Positions 1-11,395 of a stretch of DNA of 64,000 bases are shown one piece after another; the first letter of the stretch is position 1; every line of letters begins with the position of its first letter. The notes under the pieces are model-generated. The model worked only from the letters and a program-made list of their open reading frames with translations, had not been told where the DNA came from and did not search any database. The position numbers were made by a program, and so were the translations under genes. The stretch spans positions 18,537 to 82,536 of the forward strand of contig CDMY01000416.1 in assembly GCA_001179505.1 (NCBI GenBank). The letters are read 5' to 3'. This DNA comes from Vitrella brassicaformis CCMP3155 (lineage: Eukaryota; Protista; Chromerida).

Positions 1-158
1 TTCCACTGTGCCCGTTCGAGGACGCAGATCATCAGGACGAAGAGGACGCATGCCGGCAGCAGCCAGGTGGCCGACTCCCGGCTCAGGGCGGGACGCCATG
101 CCGACGAGTTGCGATAGGGAGGCGTGAACGACTGGAAGCACGCCGCGTCGAATCCCAT
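1..158 (-). CDS. Possible first exon of a membrane-anchored protein, running off the window edge
   Basis: ATG at 158 opens MGFDAACFQSFTPPYRNSSAWRPALSRESATWLLPACVLFVLMICVLERAQW with no stop before position 1. It includes a hydrophobic stretch and is head-to-head with the V-ATPase F gene. No homology recognised. Confidence 0.3.
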   Translation of the reverse strand, partial: MGFDAACFQSFTPPYRNSSAWRPALSRESATWLLPACVLFVLMICVLERAQW

Positions 159-531
159 CGCTGCCTGCCGTGCCCACCGCACTCAGTACGCAACGGACGC
201 AAGCCGGGCGTCTGTCGAGGAGGGAGCCGTCAGGAAGAACAACAGGTCATCGACCGACGCCGGACAGGTAACAGGTGATCTGACTGCGGATCACTGACGC
301 GTGTTCCAAGGCAAGTGTCTAGCTTTCCTCGCGCCCAAGATCAGCGGAGATCTCACAATCTGAAACCGCTCTCTCTGAGCTCGCAAAAGAGGAGAGAAAA
401 GCTCGCAGATCTTTCGGCTACTTTTGGGCCAAATCCCCCCTCTTTCCTCCCCGGCAGGTGTCGTAAGGGCTCCCACACAAAGAGATAGTTGAGATCTGCC
501 ATCTCTCTGTGAGCACCAACCCAAGCCAAGC

Positions 532-1235
532 ATGTCGAAGAAGCCCCGTTTCATCGGAGGGTCAGATTTGAAGGTTGCCGTCATCGGAGATGAGGTGGGT
601 GGAGGAAGACAGACAGACAGCGCCCCAGCCACCCCTGTGGAGAGATCTCAAACGTTTGTTCGCTGTTCAGGACACCGTGGTGGGCTTCTGTTTGGCTGGA
701 GTCGGCGGCCGTGACGCCCAGGGCCGCTCCAACTTCCTCATTGTCGATAACAGTAACCACACGCACTGAAAGAGGCCCGGGAATGCTCAGCTGTTGCCGT
801 ACTCGTCTGTCTTTCGCCGTATTCCGCAGAGACCCGCATGTCGGACATCGAGAACGCGTTCCGTGAGTTCTGCGACCGCAAAGACATCGGCGTCATACTC
901 ATCAACCAACACGTGGGAGAGGGAGGGAGTGGAGCGCCCGTGTGACGGAGACGGATGCATGGGTTGGATGTGCGGTGCGAGTGTGGACTGGGTGTGTGTG
1001 TGTGCAGATAGCCGAGCAGATCCGGTACATGGTGGACACTCACGAGAAGGTCATCCCGACGGTGCTGGAGATCCCCTCGAAGGACAAGCCTTACGATGCC
1101 AGCAAGGTACGCACACCGCCCTCACCACACCCCACCACACCTGCAGCAAACACACACACACCCTCTGTGCTCCTTGTGCTTTAGGATTCGGTCATGTCGA
1201 GGGTCAAGGTGTTCTTCGGCGGCAACATAGAGTGA
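532..1235 (+). CDS. ATP6V1F: V-type H+-ATPase subunit F (5 exons)
   Basis: Exons 532-594, 671-752, 830-912, 1008-1106, 1185-1235, all GT-AG. They join to MSKK...[19 protein letters not shown]...[84 protein letters not shown], the classic subunit F signature. Confidence 0.96.
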
Positions 1236-2768
1236 GTGATGGGACAGAGACGTACCGTACTGGGACCGCCGGATGGTCTGTTGGGCTGTCACACGGCGAC
1301 GCAGTCACACGATGCTCGACACGTTTTTGGTGTGACGACTGCTAGCTAGGCTTAGCGAGAAGGGTGTCTGTCTGTCTGTCTGTCTAGAGCATACTGTGTG
1401 TATTAGGCGTGTGCTTACGTAGCATGCATAAGATAACATAACGATGGGGTTGTTGGCGTTTCACGCACGACGCTGTGATCATCTCAATGGATGGCAATGT
1501 GAATTGATTGCGAATCAGTCGTTCAGGTCTCTCCATCCATCCATCCACCCATGCAGGCAGGCTGGCTGGTTGGTTGGCTGGTCACGTGCTCTCATCCATA
1601 TGCACAGTAGGCTCTAGTGAAGACGAATGCTCCACTACTCCGCTCGACGACTAAGCAATCCTTCCAAAACTATGCGCTGAGCCTGCTGGCCCTCGGCATT
1701 CGGCAGAGCCGAATGGCGTGAGAGCCACTTGGCCTTGACCCCATCGGCATGCAGCTGCGAATCGCGTGGGCATGGCCGGCGGAGGAATGACCAGATCTTC
1801 TCGCCGTTGGCGAAGATGTCGTGGTACGGATGTGGCTGGTCCCCCTCTCTCGCTTGAGGAAGTCCTTGCTCGGGCAGCGATGCTGCTTCTCGGCTTCGTG
1901 TAGAGGAGGCGGAACTGCCGCATGTCGGCTGACGTGCCGGTGGATGTGCCGCGTGCTGGTATGGGGTCTGTGTGGCTGGATGGGCGTTCATGTTCAAGTA
2001 ACTAAAGCGATGGCAACAGCCACCACAACGACAGGACGACACCACACCTACACCTACACCTACATCTACATCTACACCAACACCACACACAGCACACACA
2101 GCAAAACACAACACCGCAGAGCACAACACAATGAGTGAGGGCTCATATGTGAATGTGTCTGTACTATATCTGGCCCTAGTGTGTGTACCTCAGATGATAG
2201 TGCCTTCGATGGTCTCAATCATGCTGTACAAGGAGGCCGGCGGCATCCACAAATCGCTGAGAAAACGGCCAACAATCAACCTGAGTGAGGGGATGGGGGG
2301 AGAGAAGACAGTGAAAAGTATGCGTGTATGTGTGATGTGGTCATGTGTCGTAAGTCGTGAGGCTCTCTCGTGGTGCCGGAGGGAGCTGGGCGGGAACTGC
2401 CGTTGCCGCGAAAAACACGGGTAAGTGAATTCTGCACACACGGAACAGGGAAAAACGCGTGTGATGAGATGTCAGATTTCGGTGATTTGTGTGTGCCACC
2501 TGATAGGGCGTGTCGAGAGGTGTACCTGGTGTGGTTGTGACGGGCCGGCGGGCCTGGGTCGCTGTACAAGAGGGGGTGAAGTTATCGGCAGACGCAGGTG
2601 TGGTGCTGCAGAGGGAGGAAGGAGGGAGGGAGGGGTCGATAGCTCGAGATGGATGAACGAGGGCATCATCCCGGTCGATATGGCTGTCTCAGCGAGGGCT
2701 CATTCGTCGTGATTAAGGCGCAATGACCATCAGTAAGTTTTGGTAGGACAATCAGATCTCGAGATCTT

Positions 2769-2837
2769 GAACTGCACGTTGTTCAGAGAACTGCACAAGG
2801 TGAGAACTGCACAAGGTGAGAACTGCACGTTGTTCAG
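2769..2837. repeat. Four GAACTGCAC copies in A-B-B-A arrangement
   Basis: GAACTGCAC at 2769, 2788, 2804 and 2820, followed by GTTGTTCAG, AAGGTGA, AAGGTGA and GTTGTTCAG respectively. Confidence 0.9.
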
Positions 2838-2915
2838 GACACTATCCCGGTCGTGCTGGTGTCTGATTCACCTTCCATGGCGGCAGCTTGTCCCCAGGCC
2901 CCAATCGCTGTAAAT

Positions 2916-2965
2916 CTCGACGGGGACTTGATGAGCTCGACGGGGACTTGATGAGTTTTTTTTTT
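2916..2965. repeat. Perfect 20-bp tandem duplication followed by T10
   Basis: CTCGACGGGGACTTGATGAG at 2916-2935 and 2936-2955, then ten T at 2956-2965. Confidence 0.9.
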
Positions 2966-3079
2966 CAACGATGAAACATCCCCCCCCGCATCCCGCGGCT
3001 GTGGCACGCCCAGATCACCCAGCCACGCGTCTGTCGGTTGAAATCGGCACGGGAATCGCGAATAAGTGCGTGGTCCATG

Positions 3080-4635
3080 CAGGTGTGCTGGAGGTCATCC
3101 AGAGCTGCCGTGGTGCCATGGCCGTTTGTGAGTGATGCACCCCTTCCCATTCGGGAGGCCGCCGCTTGGCCGCCACGATGCGGCCAGAGGACCACCCGCA
3201 CCCTCCAGAGGCCCGTTGACGCTGAACCTGTCGTGGACGAATCAGAACGTGACGCCTCCGCATCAGTAAGACGACTCCAGACGCGATGGGGCAGAAAACA
3301 ATCTGACGTTCACTCGTGCGTTTTTCTCTGGTGTGTTGTGTTGTGTTGCAGTTCGAGGCTTCTACCGTATGTACCTGGCGCGGCAGCGTATCATGCTCAG
3401 CGCCCCCCCGCCCCCCTCTCGCTCTGTCTGCGTGTGTGCAGAGACGTTGTATGAGTTGAAGGGCCCTCTGTCTGAGCCCACACTGATGCGCATCGGCGAG
3501 GGCATCATTCGAGCCGTCGAATACCTGGGACAGCAGGGGCTGGTCCACGGCGATATACACGTGCGTCTCGTGAGCTAGTTCATACAATACACTGTTCACT
3601 ACTCCTACCCGTCATTGCGTATGTGTGTGTGGGTGTGTGGGTGTCTAGGTGTGGGTGCAGTCCAAGAATATCGGGATTCGTGTTCGTCATTCGCCACCCA
3701 GCAGGAGCAGCGACAGCAGCAGTGCAGCCGCTGTTGACGGCGCCAGCGGCGAGGGCGACGGCAATGAGTGCGGGGCCGTCTTGTTGGATCTGGATCGCCT
3801 GCACGACGGGATTCCTGGCGAGTACACACTGAGCATCGATCCCCACGACCCCCACACGTACCAGCAGCGGCCGCGCCCGGGCATTCTCACACACGGCCGT
3901 GACCTGCGCGATGCCGTCCACTGGATTCTCCAGAGCTTCAAGCAGCTGGGAGCTACGCAGCGCCTCTTGGAGATTTTCGAGGACGCCATTAGCTACGCTG
4001 AAACACAGCCTGATGCCTGTGCCTGCCATGTACGCCCACAGCGCAGCACAGCACACAACACACACCAGACACTCTGACAGACCACAGGACAGGCAGACGG
4101 TGTGGATGTGGGATGTGTCTCATTACTGATCGAACAGATCATTTTGCGACTGCGCGACTTGCGCCAGGTGGCCGACGACGAGGAACGCAGGACACCCCCT
4201 CTCTCGCCGCCATCTCTGCGGCTTCCCTGGCACCAGTCGCCGCAGCTCGACGTCGGCCGTGGCACCACCGACCACCGAAAGGCCCCAGCAGCAGCACCAG
4301 CAGGTGGACCATTTCCAGGACATCTTGGTGGCCCCCCCAACCAGCTCGCCCACAGCGGCGGCATCATCCCGCCCTGCCATTTCCCGCCGCACACTCGTGG
4401 CCAGGCTGCTGGTGTGCCGCTGTGTCGTCACGCCGCGCCACTGCACGGACGGCTGGCCACGTCCTTGTGTCGCCAAAGCTGTGTTGGCGCTTCCCCCCTC
4501 GCCCCGCCCCCACTCACTGGCGCCATCCCTCGCTGCTGCGTCAGGCCATGGCGAGCCCTTGCCCCACAGCCACCTCACCCCCACTCCCCCACACCAACAG
4601 GTGCTTACTACCACCAGCACCAGCTGTGCCAGTGA
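3080..4635 (+). CDS. Atypical (APH/choline-kinase-like) kinase-fold protein, multi-exon, 5' end uncertain
   Basis: Exon 3442-3560 spliced to 3661 gives ...IIRAVEYLGQQGLVHGDIH|SKNIGIRV...GAVLLDLDRLH, i.e. an HGDxHxxN catalytic loop and an LLDLD Mg-binding equivalent. The C-terminal Pro-rich exon ends at 4635. No glycine-rich loop or VAIK motif was recognised. Confidence 0.5.
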
Positions 4636-6376
4636 TGCCCCACCCCGCTGGTTGCGCGGCCGGTGAGCAGCCCCGCCCCCTCCCGCAAGCGCCCCTCGCT
4701 CCGCTTTGGGCTCCCCTCCGTGGCCCCCCTCTTGCTGCTGCCGGTGCTGGTGGTGCCGCTGGTAGTGGTGCTGATGTTGTCGTAGGATACAAAGTGAGAA
4801 GACAGCACATCAACACACAAGACTGGGGTGATGTGCCAAATGCATGTCTGTTTCTCGTTTGTTATGTTGGATATAAAGACGGTTGCCGCAGAAGCAGGGC
4901 GAGCCACCAAGAATATCGCTGCCTACATCTTATATCCGTCGAGATGTTTCCTGACCTTCACTCTCGCGACCGTGTCTCTTCTCTACATGCGCCATGCCGT
5001 GCTGCGGGAATGCCGTGACGGTTGCAGGGACCACATGGCCATGAGACTCCATCCATCCATGCATCCATCCATCCTGGTCCATCAATCCATCTACTACCGC
5101 AGCCACACCAGCCGCATACATCGATGGATCGGTGTGGTGTCCCATACGCACACAGAGACACAGACGCCATTTGATCATGATCATACAGCAGTCGATCTGT
5201 CTATCTGTCTGTCCTACGGACACGTACGTGTTGCATACGCATGTGGTCGACAGGCGAACAAAGGAGGGGAAGAGGGGATGTCTGGAAGAGGGGGGGGAAG
5301 GCCATACACTCACTGTCTGTGTAGTAAGTGAGTGTATCATATGTGTGTTGAAAATGGTCACTTGCGTGACGTGACGTGCACTGACGAACGAAAATGTACA
5401 TGGAGTGGCGGGCGGCCCAATAGAGGGGTGTGGTGTATGTGTCCGTGGAGGCACTTATCTTACGTATTAGTATGGCTACAAATCGTGATCGTACCGACCA
5501 ACCAACGATCAACCAACCTGCCCTGCCCACCACTAAACGCCGCCGCAGCAGACAGACAGACAGACAGACAGACCAACAGGCGCCACATCTCCTCTTCCCT
5601 CTCCCTTGCAAGTACATGTACCCGCAGTAGCCACCCACAGACACGCATAAAACACCCCAACACGTCTCACAATGCAGTCAGGGCTATAGCGTCAGACATC
5701 AGTGTGGAGATGGGTTCCGCAGGAGGCCGCCTCGGTTGCGGTGGTTCTTGTGCCGCTGTGGCGACTTGGGGATGCCCGAGGGGTGCGTGGACACGACGGG
5801 GGAATGTTTGCGTGAGTCACCGGCACTAGCAGGTGAGGGAGGGGCAGGGGGCAGCAGGTGGAGCGAGTGTGTGGCGGGGTCGGCCCCGGCTGTGCGGGAG
5901 CGTCGCATGGTGGGGGAGCCTTCGTGGATCCACCGGTGCTGCCGGGACTGCTCGCACGTGGAGGAGTTTGTGGCTCGCTTCAGCAACAGACTCACAAACT
6001 CCTCCAGGCAAAGCAAGGCAAGGCAAGGATGGAAGCCAAGCCAAAATACAGAGCGTGTGCGTCTTGGCTCGCTCACCTTGGCTGTGTCTGAGACGCCCGC
6101 CCAGTCGTCACGACCCGATTTGATTGTTTACGTATAGTGCAACGCATCTACAACAGTACGCGGACAATGCGTGTTAATTCATTGCGGCCAGAGTTACTTC
6201 GGCTAGCATGCATGAGTGATATCACACCAGCGTTTATGCATCATCATCGAAAGTAAGCCATCTCACACCACAAACCGATGCAGAAAAGGAAAACGCTGTG
6301 AGCCGCACACTAAAGGCCTCAGCCAATCCCACCTTCTGCCTGCCTGCCTCCCTCCCTTCCCCCCTCCTCCCTCCCA

Positions 6377-7960
6377 TCACTTGATCCGGAGAGACACAAA
6401 CTGCCGCCTCTTGTCGATATACCCCAACTGGCCCCACGCAAATTGGCAGTCGTCATTGCCGAGGTGTTCGTTGAAGCCCTTGAGGACGGCCCCCTGGACA
6501 CCACACTTGGCCGCCTCGTCCAGCCGGGCCCGATGCACCACCTCACGCACACCCAACACACGATGCTGACCGCCAGGCTGACCCCAGACCGCGAAGCACT
6601 GCAGCGGCACACGCACCATCTGGCCCCCCACATCAGCCATCGCCCCCACCACCTCCCTGTTGCTGCTGGCACGCAACGCCGCATACTTGACGAAGTGCTC
6701 GATGGCCGCAACCACTCGACGGGCCATGTCGGTATGGCGGAAGGGGAAGGCGGCAGAGATGCTCTCTTTGGCGGCCTCCTCGTCGAAGCAAAAGGCGGCG
6801 ATTCTCCAGCTGATTGCGGCCGAAACATGAGGGCCGAGCGGGAGGGCGTACATGAAGTGGGCCGCAAAGGAGCGGTGGGCTGCCAGGCCGACAATGAGCG
6901 CCGCCATGGCCATGTTGGGCAGGTCCTCATTGAGCACACTCGCGTACTCAGTCGCCATCAGCTCGCGACGACTTCGCTGGCCATCAGTGTCCGCGGGCAT
7001 GCGGCTGAGAGAATACTCTGCTCCCGCCCTCAGCAGGACACGAGCAGTACGCTTGAGCCTGCTGATCATGCTCAAGAGCCGCTCCCTTTCCTGCAAGCCC
7101 AGGGCTGCAAGACTGCCGATTTGCATGAATCGCTTCTCTCGATCCACTGTCTCCTCGCCCTCCCTCTGGTCTCTCAATTGTTGCCCGTGCGGAAGGGAGC
7201 AGTAGTCGAGCGCACTGGCAGCGTTACCAAGGGGCGACAGGCAGGGGTCATTGCGTCGCGCTCTGTTGATATCAGCTTCAGGGAGCCGACGGCAGAGGAA
7301 ATCCGTGGCGCAAGGGGAGCCGAGCTTGGCCGCCAGGTGGAGTGGGGTGTCTCCAGTCCAATTGCATGCTCTCATGTCCGCCCCATTGTCCACTAGCAGC
7401 CGCATGTAGGCGTCAATGAAGGTCTGAGAAGCACCCCTGCTCCACCTCGGCCGCCTCGTGCACCACACTGCCATAATTGCCATGGTGCCGCTCGGTGGCG
7501 AGTGTTGGGTCTCGTTGGATGAATCGCTCGTAGATGGACAGCAGGCGCTGCTCGGTCTCAGCAGACGGCGGACCTGACACACAGCCAAAAGATCGAACAC
7601 GATGTGGATTCCATAGTGGCTTCTCTGTGCCATTCTTCAGTCATTCTTTCCTTACCCATCTCGCGGGGGATGTGCGGCAGGCGCATGAGCATGCATCCCT
7701 GCAGATTGACGTGCCGAGCAAGGAGCACATCCACAACCATGACATTCGCACCAAAGAGCGCCAGTTGGATGGGTCGCTGCGGTCTCGAGTCTGCGCCAGT
7801 ATCAATGCTCGCGCCGCCATCGATGAGGGCAGGGCCACGGTGGGGCGAACGCTGGACTGACGATGCGTTGACGGCCGAGAGGCTGGAGGGTTCAGATGGT
7901 TCCTGGAAGGGGTCCGCTCCGACTTGATCGGCTCGTGCTCGTCCGATGCGACGCAGCGGG
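6377..7960 (-). pseudogene. Ankyrin-repeat protein of a lineage-expanded family, frameshifted
   Basis: LLVDNGADMRACNWTGDTPLHLAAKLGSP ankyrin repeat, LIDGGASID...RPIQLAL upstream, and a C-terminus ending ...WGQLGYIDKRRQFVSLRIK*. The frame breaks between VVHEAA and SQTFIDAY (~7445) and between RPTVALP and LIDGG (~7830). Confidence 0.7.
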
Positions 7961-8092
7961 GGCGACAAGAATGGTCGACCGTCGGCCGGAACATGACAGA
8001 CTATCGGTGGCCGGAGTTGCGGCGGCAGGGAGGGCATGCGTGGCGGTCGAAGAGTGTGCGATGAATGGGCAGGGGCGGGGCAGAAAAACGGA

Positions 8093-8447
8093 GGGCGCTG
8101 AGCATGATAAGCTGCATGATCAATGGCTGAGCCGCCAGGGACGTACTGTGGAAGGCTCAAGCTGCAACACAACACAACACAACACGTAAGACCAGAAAAA
8201 AACGAATGAGTGAACGTCAGATTGTTTTCTGCCCTCCATCGCGTCTGGAGTCGTCTTACTGATGCGGAGGCGTCACGTTCTGATTCGTCCATGACAGGTT
8301 CAGCGTCAACGGGCCTCTGGAGGGTGCGGGCGGTCCTCTGGCCGCATCGTGGCGGCCAAGCAGCGGCCTCCCGGATGGAAAGGGATACATCACTCACTCC
8401 ATGCAGCTCTCTGGATGAGCTCCAGCACACCTGCATGGACCACGCAC
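8093..8447 (-). repeat. Inverted partial copy of 3066-3405 (kinase 5' exons and introns)
   Basis: The reverse complement aligns with 3066-3405, e.g. GTGCGTGGTCCATGCAGGTGTGCTGGAG, CCAGAGGCCCGTTGACGCTGAACCTGTC, CGCCTCCGCATCAGTAAGACGACTCCAGACGCGATGG and TATCATGCTCAGCGCCC. Confidence 0.9.
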
Positions 8448-8624
8448 AAGCCGATGTATCAGAGTTGGTACTGAGCCAATTTGGGCTGGGCATTCACCTG
8501 AGAGGAGTGAATTATGACAGATAAGAGTGCTCTTCCTTCGACGCATGTCAAATTTTCAATAGAAACCTCCGAAGGACTACTTCTGCGAGCTTTGGGGGCG
8601 TCTCCGACACCCCCCCCCCCCCCC

Positions 8625-8924
8625 NNNNNNNNNNNNNNNNNNNNNNNNNNNNNNNNNNNNNNNNNNNNNNNNNNNNNNNNNNNNNNNNNNNNNNNNNNNN
8701 NNNNNNNNNNNNNNNNNNNNNNNNNNNNNNNNNNNNNNNNNNNNNNNNNNNNNNNNNNNNNNNNNNNNNNNNNNNNNNNNNNNNNNNNNNNNNNNNNNNN
8801 NNNNNNNNNNNNNNNNNNNNNNNNNNNNNNNNNNNNNNNNNNNNNNNNNNNNNNNNNNNNNNNNNNNNNNNNNNNNNNNNNNNNNNNNNNNNNNNNNNNN
8901 NNNNNNNNNNNNNNNNNNNNNNNN
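8625..8924. other. Assembly gap (first of eight 300-N placeholders)
   Basis: Other gaps: 12338-12637, 28713-29012, 30140-30439, 47680-47979, 50686-50985, 52354-52653, 62674-62973. All are exactly 300 N. Confidence 0.99.
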
Positions 8925-9026
8925 GCGTCTCTCTGCGGCGCCGCCTGGGCGTCCTCCCCTGCAACGGTTGACTTAACCTGCTGGCAGGCGAGAGCATTGC
9001 AGTCCTCTGTCCTGTGAGCGGGCGGC

Positions 9027-9500
9027 ATGTCGACAAGGCCGCAGAAACCCATGATCATGTTGATCCTCTTTAGCTTCTTGCTCATGTGCCGGCCGCTGGT
9101 GCACGGCAAACAGTTCGTCAAGATGGACGAGAGGCGCCACAATGCCTCCTGGGTGGCCCTCCCTCACCTGCCGCAACACCTGCAGCAGCAAGCCGAGCAC
9201 CAGCCAGTGCCAAGTGCGGTGGAGACGACAACTGCTGAGACAGAGCCGATGCTGAGAGAGGAGCCACATGATTCAGGCGGGGCTGTCACGCAAATGACAT
9301 GCAATGGCAGCAGAAAGATCTGTCTGTCTGCTGGTGTATGGGTCTTCTGTGCAGGGCCGCTCACAGGCCACGAGAAGTGCGACCGTCTGGGCTTCCTTGG
9401 CCACACACCCATTGCAAAGGGCCACATCCGCACTGCAAACTCAGCCATCTGACCACCCTGCACTTGTCGCAAGAAGTGTTGATCAATCGCAAGCAGGTAC
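9027..9500 (+). CDS. Hypothetical protein with signal-peptide-like start
   Basis: ORF begins MSTRPQKPMIMLILFSFLLMCRPLVHG. Downstream exon structure is unresolved and no family was recognised. Confidence 0.25.
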
Positions 9501-9865
9501 TGTACGGCCGTGCCCACATTCTCTGTGTGTCTGTCGCACCGCGTCTGTTTCAATGCAGCCGCTGCTGCTGAGGGAATGTCTGTGCTGGCTGCATGGTGCC
9601 GAAAGGTGTTACATATTGGTGGAGGTTCTAGGCAATTAGTTAGGCACCGCGGTGCGTGTCTGTCGTCTGAGGAGAGCATGTGTGAATGGATTGGATGAGG
9701 CGTGCAGAGACTTACAAAAAAGGAGACTGGCTTGGATTGGATTGAAGGACACTCTTTCTCACCCACCCACACACACACGCACACGGACATGCATCATACC
9801 TTCATCCACGAGTGAGTCGATCTACTTTGCCGTCGACACTCTACACCCACCCAGTGCCATTGACA

Positions 9866-11028
9866 TCAGGCGCTCCCGCTGCCATCGTCTCCACTGACTT
9901 TGGCCCGCTTGGCCCCGCCCTCGCCATCGGTGAGCAGCCCCCTCTTGCCCCGCACCTCCCCCTGGCCAATGTTGGCACTCGTCGACGCATCCTCACCACC
10001 AGCAGCACCACCACCGCCACCACCACCACCGCCGTCAGCACACATACACGACTGCATGGCTGCACACACGGCAACACAATACATACAAAGGATGGGAAGT
10101 GGGTAAGAGGAGACTGGGGTTGTCTGTTGATGTACCGTGTTGCTTGGTCCACTGTGAAGCGGTGGCGTCGAACTGCTGAGGGGAACGCTCCAATAGTGCA
10201 GCCTGCATTGCGAGAGGGGGGCGGGCCAAAACACAAGAAGACCGATGCAGCCAGCCCCTGCAGATCACCGTACCGCTTCCTGGAATGACAAAGGGCAAGG
10301 AAGGAAACATGGATTCACATGCAGCTGTATATGTCATCACATGTGTGTCTCACTTGGTTGAGAGGGTCCTTGGCGTTCGGCTCGGACAGCAGGCAACTGA
10401 ACCAAGGCAAATGTCGCACCAAAGAAGAAGGTCCCACAACAACACCCCTTGGGCCTCTGTTTTCTTGTGCAGGTACCGGATGGTCATCATGAGCGAACGG
10501 ATGTTGGCTAGCGGCGTCCAACTGCCCTGCGCACCACACACACACACACACATGGATTGCTCTTCCTTCCTGGCCTTGTGCAGATCGGTGGATACGTGTG
10601 GTTTGGCTTTGAGGAGATCCACGCATATACGACCACCCTGCTCTATGTTGGGGTGGAATACCGGCGTCTGTGTTTGCCAAGGAGCAGAGGGATGCAGAGA
10701 AGTCGACGCTCTACCGGGAATGTACCTCAAACTTGACGTCAGGCGGCACGAGTGGGTAGCGGTCGGGCACACTGATGCTCAGACGAAACACCCCGCCGGC
10801 ATACGCAGTGCCCTCGGGACCACACATCTCTGAATTTCAATGCACAGAAGAGAACAACGAACGAACACGCACGTACGAACGCACATTCGTCCATGGACAT
10901 TGAGAAAAGATCCTCCCTCGCCCACCAGCGGAGAGTGTCTGGATGGAGTCAGTGGTGGAGATGCACACCCCCTCAGGCGGCTCGTTCACCAGCATCTTCA
11001 GTTCAGCCTTCATGCGATTCGCCAGCAT
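9866..11028 (-). CDS. UBE2T: Ubiquitin-conjugating enzyme E2, UBE2T-like
   Basis: Spliced product MLANRMKAELKMLVNEPPEG...EMCGPEGTAYAGGVFRLSISVPDRYPLVPPDVKFE|TPVFHPNIEQGGRICVDLLKAKPH|GSWTPLANIRSLMMTIR|CLLSEPNAKDPLNQ|EA|AALLERSPQQFDATASQWTKQH|AM... It has the HPN motif and active-site Cys, and its N-terminus resembles UBE2T (RLKRELHML..EPPPG). Subfamily assignment is less sure than E2. Confidence 0.9.
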
Positions 11029-11395
11029 CGTCAAAAACCGGTCAGAGAATGGTCAAAAAGTCGTTCTTGCAGTGGAAGCCGTAGCAAGGGCGGGTCCCGT
11101 GCGGCCTTCTTCTCCAATTTTCTTCCTTTCCGCTCGCCTACTTTTGCGAGCTTGTAAATCCTTATGCGATCCCTCTGCAGTCGTTGCAGAGAAAGGGCAA
11201 GAGGAGGAGAGAGGACACCCCTGCCCTTCAGTGGCTGACGTAAGTGGCGGATTGGCTCGGTGAGAACGGAGACCGCGCCGTCGAAGTGGCGTCTGCAGCC
11301 CCCGCACCGCCCACGCATCGCATGCCGACCTTTCGCGACCTTCCTGGATAAGGGAGCACCCCATCGTTGTCGGCTATCGTCTCTCAGCCATCGTT

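Noticed and set aside
1635-2700. Possible minus-strand gene
   Set aside because: Coding-like blocks exist, but no consistent spliced frame or recognisable domain could be built.
2956-3201. Minus-strand ORF ending at an A10 tract, suggesting a retrocopy
   Set aside because: The ORF is antisense to the intron-containing duplicated kinase segment, and no TSD was found.
5699-6076. RATNSSTCEQSRQHRWIH, resembling a kinase C-terminal helix
   Set aside because: No upstream kinase motifs or linked exons on that strand.
8459-9142. ORFs containing long X runs here and at the other gaps
   Set aside because: Artefacts of reading through N placeholders.
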